This document shows, one piece after another, positions 55,160-64,000 of a stretch of DNA of 64,000 nt (its first letter is position 1; the number at the start of each line of letters is the position of its first letter). This stretch comes from Balanoglossus misakiensis. Its lineage: Eukaryota > Animalia > Hemichordata. The stretch covers positions 7,623,186-7,687,185 of the forward strand of contig CM082589.2 of the NCBI GenBank assembly GCA_040954595.2, given 5' to 3'. Both the position numbers and the translations under genes were made by a program. Under the pieces are notes generated by a model that had not been told where the DNA came from, did not search any database, and saw only the letters and a program-made list of their open reading frames with translations.

Positions 55160-55363
55160 GGTATTGCCAAAAAGACTTCCACATCTCCAGATTACCGTCT
55201 ATAAGACATAAAACTATGTCTTTAAGTCCCCATATGCTTTGCCTCTGCCACCAGTTTTACATTCTAATTCTGAGTACCAGTAACATTTGAGAACCATAAA
55301 TAAATTTTACTGATATTCTCCACAAAAGAAAACCAATTACATATCGAGTACATGGAGCGATGG

Positions 55364-55433
55364 GTAATGTAGTGACCTCCAATGACTTATCAGTTGGAGG
55401 TAATGTAGTGACCTCCAATGACTTATCAGTTGG
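55364..55433 (+). repeat. Two-copy ~36-bp tandem duplication
   Basis: GGTAATGTAGTGACCTCCAATGACTTATCAGTTGGA twice. Confidence 0.9.
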
Positions 55434-56221
55434 ACGATTGACGAAGCCGTGGCCACGCTACGTGTTAGCCTAAACATTTTGAATGGAACGCTAGCTTTAG
55501 AGATATGTCCTACACACCACCTAACACCTGTATGAAAAATAAGTGAACCGCCAATTATAAAATCCAAAATTTTGGGTTTTGAGTGAATGCATGTAGACAT
55601 TTCCACATTATAATCAAACAGCGCCCTTGTGGCCTGAGTGTATATTAAAAACAGCGATGTAAGCACTCGATTACTCTCGACAAAAGGGTCTATTTTCAGT
55701 AACCAATAAACATAATTAACCGCTTGGTTGAGATCTTCTGGGGTAACGTCGGGGTGGTAGGAACGAGTAAGTGCAGTAGTGAAAAATGAAAATAGCAATA
55801 AGTTTACAGAATTACTATGTATAAAGCATATGTTCCTTCCTCATCATAAGCTATACCTGATAAAACGATGTCCGACTAGTATCTCAGTCTTGAGTATTCA
55901 TATATTTGGAGAGGAACATGACAGTAATTTTATATCAATTACCGTATAAGAAAGTCCTAAGGTACTCCGTAACACCTGTTTCAGCAAAGGTACAACGTCC
56001 ACAGCGTCGAATATATGGCATGGGTCTAATAGCATGTAAGTTTCTTGGAAATGGGGTTAAAAAAGGCAATCGCTCATGTTGCGGGAACTGGTGCCTGGAT
56101 AGTTGAAACGAAACTTTGAAATGGGTTGAAAACTCAATTAAGCTGTTTAATACATTCAATATGCATGGAACTAAACGTGAGATGCATTGTTCATTGGAAC
56201 AGAAATAAAACTTCAAATGCT

Positions 56222-56227
56222 TATAAA
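56222..56227 (+). promoter_or_regulatory. Candidate TATA box of the protease gene
   Basis: TATAAAGG ~100 bp upstream of a strong donor AAG|GTATGT at 56322; consistent with a non-coding exon ~56250-56321 spliced to the acceptor at 56753. Confidence 0.5.
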
Positions 56228-56806
56228 GGGACTAATCTGCCTGTAGTTTGTGTGGCAACTTGAAACAGAGTCACTCGTTCGACTTTCACCATCTGCTTGA
56301 CAAACAGCGGCGAAAACGAAGGTATGTTTCTTGAAACTTTCACTATTCGGTAGAGCTAGTCTCACGCGTGCGTGGATTTATGTGTCTATTAATGCCACGC
56401 TTCTTAAACCAGTCAGTACAATTTTGTACGTCGACGTATTTTTTTTTCAAATTTCACCATCTACTTGATACACAGCATTCGGTAAGGTTATTTTCATACG
56501 CGTATGTATGTACATACATTACACATGTAATAACGAAATGTACCAAACACATACAGTGGAAAAATGCCACTTTTCTGAGAGAGAAAAATAACAATTCGGA
56601 CAACTTGATACATCTGTAAAGTCTCCTGTTCGACTTTTTCCCATCTGATTCATAATAGACACATAAATCCATACAACGGAACAGAAATTAATTTCTATTT
56701 TGAATGATTTGAATTTTCCTTACATTAATTGAAGCATGTCCAGATTATATCAGGTCATCGTCTTGATCGCAAAGACTGCGTTATCCATAACATTTCATCT
56801 CACATC

Positions 56807-57705
56807 ATGGCATTTCAGACAATCATGATCACAACGCGATCCACGGCGATTTGGCTCTGCGTGTTTGCACTGCTTGTGGTGCAGATCACAGCAGCCAGCG
56901 CAAACAAGAGGAAGATTGAGGAAGAGCGAAGAATCCGTGCGCTGCGTCCGAGCTTCGTCAAACGTGAAACCCAAGCGCCACTGATTCACGCCGGAGACGA
57001 GAAGATAGAAGAGGAATACATTGTAAAACTGAGGGTTAGTAGATGTTGTGGTGAACACATATTAATCGATTACAGAAAGTATGCCAGAGCCATGTGCTGT
57101 TCACAGCTGATCTATTCTTTCCAGACAACAGTTCCGTACGCCAGCGCGCTAAATGACACACTGTCTATGTCTATAGAACTGTCCCACGTCCACAAATATT
57201 GATCGACCGCCAAACCCATGCAAAATAGATCTGCAATTACTCAATTACTCGCAAATTATATACACGCTCAGAATATCGAAAATTATTTCCAAAATGCTCA
57301 ATGATGATGTTTTTCAGCTGTGTATCCAACATGAGGGACATAGAACACAGGGCAACCAGTACTAATGATACAAACTTTATCATTATCAGTTTTTTTTAAA
57401 CAAGTGGTACACTCATTACATGATATGCATCCACTTCTCATAATCAATATACACTGTCATCTCATTTTATTCAGGACGACCTTACTGATGAAGAACTGGC
57501 CGCATTCGAAGCCAAATTCCAAGCACTTGCTGAAGAGCATGGCTTACATATTGATTTTCAAATAGATTTGACAAGCCTGATGAAAGGTTTTGTTGCCAGA
57601 GTTCCTGCGGACGCAGTCGAAATAGTATGTGCGCATTTCGTTATTTTCAAAGCATCTGGTCTGTCTGTCTGTCTGACTGTCTGTCTGTCTGTCTGTCTGC
57701 CTGCC

Positions 57706-57752
<47 letters not shown>

Positions 57753-57845
57753 ATGTATGTATGTATGTATGTATGTGTGTGTATGTATGTATGTATGTAT
57801 GTATGTATGTATGTATGTATGTATGTATGTATGTATGTATGTATG

Positions 57846-57876
<31 letters not shown>

Positions 57877-60800
57877 TTATGTATGTATGTATGTATGTAT
57901 GTATGTATGTATGTATGTATGTATGTATGTATGTATGTATGTATGTATGTATGTATGTATGTATGTATGTATGTATGTATGTATGTATGTATGTATGTAT
58001 GTATGTATGTATGTATGTATGTATGTATGTATGTATGTATGTATGTATGTATGTATGTATGTATGTATGTATGTATGTATGTATGGATAAATGGATGGAT
58101 GGATGGATGGATGGATGGATGGATGGATGTATGTATGTATGTATGTATGTATGTATGTATGTATGTATGTATGTATGTATGTATGTATGTATGTATGTAT
58201 GTATGTATGTAGGTATGTATGTATGTATGTATGTATGTATGTATGTATGTATGTATGTATGTATGTATGTATGTATGAATGAATGAATGAATGAATGAAT
58301 GCATGCATGTACTTTCGTTCCTTGTAGTAATTAGTATGATTCTGTTTTCATTTAGCTGCGTTGGCTGGATGAGGTAGAGTTTGTTGAAGAAGACGAAGTT
58401 ATCCATGGAAATGTAGAGTGGGGTTTGGACAGGATTGATCAGGCTGACTTGCCTTTGGATAATGTTTACTCATCAGCACCACTAGGTAAATCTGTACCTT
58501 TCTTGATATTAACCTTAAACTCATTTTTGAAATATTTGATGTCGGAATTGTTTTTTTTTCCTTCTAATATAATGATCGAGCTTCCTCAAATAATATACCT
58601 AAAGTGCCCGGTAATCATTGACATTACGTACAACTCTTATTAAATCACTTATCACTTGAGAGTTTGACTTCATTTGTTGAGTGTATGTTTAACAAAATGG
58701 TTAATTTGACTACCGTTTATTCAATTACCTGATTTTTTTAAAAATCATGATCGCAATATTTTTTTATGTTTTATTTGAAGGGGACGGTAGTGGAGTGAAT
58801 GTCTTTGTATTTGATACTGGCATACGTTTCTCACATGACGAGTTTGGTGGAAGAGCACATTCCTTTTACGACCACTTTTCAGATGGAAAAAATGTGAGTA
58901 ACAGTATATATAAGACGCCATTGTTTGAGAAGAATAGAATCAAAGGACAATGTTTCAAAGGTTCTCTTGTCGTACAGTGTTTGTTGTGAGAAACACATTT
59001 TTATGACAAATTCACGCCTGAAATTGTTGCATGCACTGTGTTGTATATTTTGCCGAAAAAAGGGGTGAGTGTTACAATGAACACGACAGAAACCAATTTT
59101 ATTTCGCCTGTTTTAAAACACTATCACCTTTGATCCTTGTTGCGTTTGGGAGACAATAAAAGAGCGATATTTTGGTTTTACGTTCTAATTCGAGATATAT
59201 ACAATGACAATATTTCTGGATATAATGCGTGTTTTTCAGGGGAAAGACTGTAATGGACATGGTACTCACTGTGCTGGTACTATTGGTGGGAGCACTGTTG
59301 GTGTTGCACCTGGTGTTACATTGTATTCGGGTCGTATTTTGAATTGCCAAGGAAAAGGGTCAGTCAGCAGTAGTGTTGCAGGTAAGACTGAGTCATCGTA
59401 ATTAATTTTCAAGTTTTTAATTATTACATCAAAATTATTGACAAAAATAAACATTTTAATTATCATTCTTTTAATTCAAGGTGAACGAAATATATTACGC
59501 GAAATCCGTACAAAATTGTCCCAAACTAAAACAAATCGCCTTCATAGAGGCGCACGACAGCTAGCTTCTCATGATTTATATTATACATCTGGCACCGAGA
59601 ACAATAGAATTTAGCGTGCACTAAAAAAGCCGTACGGAACGGTACGTACGGAACGTGTGTTAAATTACCCCTTAAGTTTCAGGGCGCCCTAACTCACCGT
59701 GTACAGGTATGCGCTGTCATGCGGACGGTTTCAAGACACACCCACTCCAACGCACGCAAACAAAAAAGAAAGATGGCTGCTCACTGAGTCAACTGAGCGG
59801 TTTTCGATCGATTGTATCGGCATTTTGAAAGCCAAGTAACATGCAACACAAGAATTAACGGAAATGTAAGATGTATAATAATAAGGTTATTACGAAAATA
59901 CCGCAAAGTATGCACGAGGAGATTAGCGCCCGGTATCGCCCGACGCGTAGTGGAGGGCGTAGCTGCAATAATTGTAGCCCTGGTGGGTTGGTTGATTTCT
60001 GACAAGGGGGCTTGATCGCTGACGGCCCACCTTGATCGCTGACCGATGACAGAAACTTGCCACCCCCCAGCCGTAAAAACTGAACGGTCCCTAATGTCCG
60101 ATTGCATACTTTGCGGTATTTTCGTAATAACCTCATATTATCCCTGCAGCTATGGATGCTGTTGCTGCTTCGAATAAAAAACCAGCAGTTGTCTCCATAT
60201 CGCTTGGCGGTGATAAATCCACAACTGAGAATTTGGCAGTCAAACGTTTAACCGATGCTGGCTACATCGTGGTTGTGTCTGCTGGAAACAATAATAGAGA
60301 CGCCTGTTTACAGTCACCTGCATCGGCTCCTGAGGTATTACATTTGAAGTATGATAAAAACAATAAGAATATTTTGAGGCATGAATCCAACAGAAAGGTG
60401 ACATACGATCACCAAGAATATGCGTGCCATCTTAGAAATGAATAAAATGCAGGTGTTGACGCCCCTGTGTGTAACTGTATCTGTTTGTAGCTCAGCAAAG
60501 TCACCACTAAATCTTATGAGTTCTGATTTTGATTTGACCGTGAAGTATCCGTATAATGACGGTTTAAATACCAGTCGCTCCATTGTACATGTATTCGTTC
60601 CTGAAAATATCTTTTAACTTCCACTTTGTGTCGTACATGACCAGACCAAACCACAACCAACTGATAAAGTTAGCAACTGTTTCTGTATGTTACAGGCAAT
60701 TACGGTGGGAGCTACTGACTCTGACGACAATTTAGCTTGGTATTCTAACTACGGCAGGTGTGTTAATATTCTGGCACCCGGAAGTGACGTCAGAAGTGCT

Positions 60801-63178
60801 TGGCACACTGGGGACGCCAGCTACACCACTATTAGTGGAACCTCGATGGCAACTCCTCACGTTGCTGGTAAGAGTGTCTTGATATACTCTGAGGTCTTCA
60901 TGTATTCTGAGGGCACGCTCTAAGAAATATATGTAAATCATAATTAACACAATGATGAACGGATCAAATAAACTCATGATGATGTGATTTAATTTACTTT
61001 AATCAAATGCGGTAATCTCAGAATTGCAAACGGGCAAACTTGGAACATTATTTCAGTGGTTTGCGGTTACATGAATCTGTTGTAATAAGGGACATTTTTT
61101 TATTTTGCATTTTTTTTATTTCTCTGGCCGCCGTAGTGACGAAGAATGACGTCATAGGTCTTGCATGATTTTCGCAATTTTCATAAATTTTGTATATTTG
61201 ACATTGTTTATTTCTACTTCCGGTTTAGGAAGCTCTAAAATGTTTAGGGTCGGCGGGTTAAAATTAGGGTAGGTCGGGTAATCGGCACAGCACATATTTT
61301 TTTGGCCTTATAATCTTCTGCCAATCCCGATTCAAGGAAATTAAATGTCTTCTGGCGTTCCTGTAATATTCTCTCTGTTTCCTCTCAAGGTGTTGCTGCC
61401 CTGCTGCTTGAACAGGACTCGTCTCTCACACAAACGACGATGTTAAACAAATTGTTGGAAACCGCCCAAACAGGAAAAATTGACCTGTCCCGCCTGTCTG
61501 ATAGTTCATCAACACCGAATAAACTCCTGAATATTCCCAGTGAGTTGACACACAATTTGTTTCATCAAAAATCAGTCACCACCAGGAAGTATGCATCATT
61601 CCTGCTCCTTAAAACTACCACCACCACCACCACAACAACAACAACAACAAACAAACAAACAAACAAGCAAAAAATTCCTTCCCACACTTCTGTTCACCGA
61701 AAATCAGTCCCAAGCTCTACAGGTTAGTGTATAACCAGACCTTAATGAGGCCAAGCGAAACGCAACATTTTAGATTTGTTTGCATTTGACATGATTCAGA
61801 CTAAATTGTGGATGTGATCACATACAGTGTTTTGGGACTTAGGCCTAAGTGGAAGTGGTACAAGTCTTTAGTTACAAGAATCTGACACAATGTTGAAATT
61901 GAATATGTAGCCAAAACAGATGCTAACTAATGACAGTAATGACGGAAAGTGAACACAATTAAATGGTTTTACACTATTATTATTTTTTGTTTCTGCCAAA
62001 CTACGTACAGTCGCAGCAGCGTTCCATGTTGAAGGTGCCGGTGGAAGGTACACCTTGGACTTCTTCGAGGCCGTGAGTGCGTGCAGTTCTATCAATGCAC
62101 GCTTGGCAAGCTACGATGAACTGGTAGAAGCCTGGGAACAAGGTCTGGAAGAGTGTCGCGTTGGCTGGTTGGTTGGTCGACGTGCTGCATACCCCATGCA
62201 AAGAAAGGACGGTGACTGTGGAAACAGAATAGGAGTCATTGATTGGGGATTCAAATCCCCAGGCGATCAGTATGACGTGTACTGTTATCCAGAAGGTGGG
62301 TAATGTCGCACGCTTGCATTTCACATTCAGTGTCTTTGTTATGGATTGAGTGTCGTTTTGACATGTATGAAAAAGAGCGTTAGCTGAACCAGTTAACTTA
62401 ATGACATTCACTGCATTAATATGCCCGATAACTGGAGATTTAAGTGTTTTACAAAAGAAGTGTTAACGACGTAAATGACCTATTTCCTTGTCTTAGATGG
62501 TCAGCAATATGCAACAACTTTGAAGGGACAAATGCGTTTTGATCTTTGGTGAAATTTATTTGAAAACAATACAAGAAGTTTCTATTTTAGCAACAAATTT
62601 CAGAAAGATAGAGAGACAGAGACAGACAGAAAGACAGCAGAGAGAGACAGAAACGGAGAGAGAGACAGAGACAGAGAGAGAGAGAAATAGACAAGAGACA
62701 GAGAGAGATTGCTTGGACATAAACCACATGAGTCAAAATGACATTCAACCATAACTGACGAAGTTGCATTCAACCAAAAATATTCAAATTTATTTCCATG
62801 TTCTGATATCATTTACAGCCTTGAATTTCCTCCGTTAGTGTGCAAAATAGAATGCTTTTAAAGCACTTATATACGTGTGGTTTTATTTTCCAGTAATAAA
62901 AGTGTTCCACGTTGTTGGCGCCGGTGGTCGATACTCATTGAACTATGACTCTGCTAGAACTGCGTGCACAAATAACCAAGGACGCATAGCAACGTACGAT
63001 GAATTGGTAGAAGCTTGGGGCCAAGGTCTTGAAGAGTGCCTGGCTGGATGGTTAGAAGGTGGACGTGTTGCATACCCCATGCAAAGAGTGAACAGTGACT
63101 GCGGAGGCAAAATAGGAGTCATTGATTGGGGATTCAGACGTACAAGCGACCAGTATGATGTGTACTGTTATTCAGGAG
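56807..63178 (+). CDS. Secreted S8A subtilase (proteinase K/aqualysin-like): signal peptide, I9 prodomain, catalytic domain and two C-terminal Link (Xlink) modules
   Basis: Phase-consistent exons 56807-57034, 57475-57624, 58356-58485, 58781-58893, 59240-59381, 60150-60334, 60696-60867, 61390-61539, 62011-62295, 62894-63178. Motifs: hydrophobic leader, EYIVKL, WGLDRIDQ, FDTG (Asp), DCNGHGTHCAG (His), SAGN (oxyanion Asn), SGTSMATPHVAG (Ser), TPNKLL. Terminal exon uncertain. Confidence 0.92.
57658..58300 (+). repeat. Intronic compound microsatellite (GTCT)n-(GTAT)n-(GGAT)n-(GTAT)n-(GAAT)n
   Basis: Direct inspection; it fills most of the 731-bp intron. Confidence 0.97.
59884..60133. mobile_element. 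MITE with ~31-bp perfect TIRs
   Basis: AGGTTATTACGAAAATACCGCAAAGTATGCA ... TGCATACTTTGCGGTATTTTCGTAATAACCT; TSD not clear. Confidence 0.75.
61200..61310. mobile_element. Terminal fragment of the Harbinger-like MITE family also seen at 1030
   Basis: Ends GTAATCGGCACAGCACATATTTTTTTGGCCTTA; left boundary not defined. Confidence 0.5.
62011..62295 (+). CDS. Link module exon 1 of the protease gene
   Basis: FHV..GRYTLDF.EA..AC....RLASYDEL..AW..GLEEC..GWL....YP....CG..GVIDWG....YDVYCY is the Link-domain consensus; phase 1-1 exon of 285 nt. Confidence 0.9.
62608..62708 (+). repeat. (GA/GACA)n microsatellite
   Basis: Direct inspection. Confidence 0.9.
62894..63178 (+). CDS. Link module exon 2 of the protease gene
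   Basis: Same consensus, same 285-nt length and phase as the previous exon. Confidence 0.9.
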
Positions 63179-63326
63179 GTAAGAAGAAATATAAAATTGA
63201 TAACATTCACACTACATTTTCAATGTTTTGGCCTGTTTGTGAATAAATGAGTTGTCAAACATTTACCAGAACAAGATAGCATACATCTTAGCATCGTTAC
63301 ATTCAAGCAATTTATATTTCGGTTAG

Positions 63327-63434
63327 ATTAACAGTAGAGATGGCGAATGTGATGATGGTGGACCCAATTCGATATACAGCCTGTGCGATTATGGAACCGA
63401 CTGTGATGACTGTGGACCCCGCCCTCCACTGTGA
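63327..63434 (+). CDS. Probable terminal exon containing the Cys/Asp-rich motif DGECDDGGPNSIYSLCDYGTDCDDCGPRPPL*; acceptor and frame ambiguous
   Basis: Protein-like reading frame ending TGA at 63432-63434; several tandem AGs (63326, 63334, 63337, 63339); AATAAA at 63619. Confidence 0.5.
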   Translation: MNSRDGECDDGGPNSIYSLCDYGTDCDDCGPRPPL

Positions 63435-64000
63435 ATCAGCCTTCACTGAAACTCACAAGGGAAGATGGACATCATTCGCGTTAACACTGCGGTACATGCA
63501 TGAAAAAAATGACAATAGATTAGGATTTTCATCTTTCTCTGTAGCATTACAGTATACGACTTTTAAATTAAGCTACCCTCTTGGGTAGCTATCGTTGCTA
63601 TTGGTATTATCTTTTGGGAATAAAAATATTGGTTATTGCATTGATACGTTGTCATGGCATTAATATACTTATTTCTTTCGTCAAAAGTTACAAACTTACG
63701 TGTACATATACTTCACAACGTCACAAAAACGTATGATGAAATTGATAAAAAAAAAAAAAAAACTTATCCAATATTATATGTACATGTACAATACTATTAA
63801 ATCTGAAGATGTTGATGCCCAAGCTATAAATATGCAAGATGTGCATATATATTTCCAAATATCTTAACACTGAGTCAATAAAGTCTGATATAATTTGAAT
63901 ATATGAAATGAAGTACTACAAATGTAGTTGGCCTTTTCATGGCCATAATAAAATGACATTTGTGAAGGAAAGATCTCACACGACAGTACAGGAAAACATC

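Noticed and set aside
55337-55798. 153-aa minus-strand ORF
   Set aside because: No recognisable motif or splice support; it includes a small tandem duplication and lies upstream of the protease promoter.
63571-63590. Hairpin AGCTACCC-TCTT-GGGTAGCT in the 3' region
   Set aside because: An 8-bp stem can arise by chance and matches no element I can name.
63747-63762. Poly(A) run as a retrocopy tail
   Set aside because: The gene has introns and no TSD is visible; this is an ordinary genomic A tract.

Overview
AT-rich eukaryotic genomic DNA with spliceosomal GT-AG introns. Gene content suggests a marine invertebrate, possibly a deuterostome, but that is a guess. The window has three parts. (1) 1-~10.2 kb: a minus-strand multi-exon gene, 3' end not resolved, encoding an uncharacterised protein with SUMO-interacting-like motifs and a PHAR-x-C...CxxCxCYICD...C..W...HCNAH Cys/His domain (zgc:112980-like). 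Its introns carry several MITEs. (2) 10.66-52.83 kb: a ~0.8 kb MITE split by a ~41.4 kb non-coding cluster of 28 same-orientation, ~1.1-2.1 kb non-autonomous Helentron/Helitron2-type (HINE-like) elements. This is not a simple tandem array. The 26 5' hairpin 'heads' and 28 3' 'tails' parse like nested brackets, and head loop sequences match the subfamily of the tail that closes them. The elements appear to have inserted repeatedly into one T-rich site just behind the 5' hairpin of earlier copies, up to 10 deep. (3) 56.2-63.6 kb: a plus-strand gene for a secreted proteinase K-type subtilase (signal peptide, I9 prodomain, S8 domain) fused to two Link modules, with an ambiguous Cys-rich last exon. 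All coordinates, counts and exon phases were read by hand.
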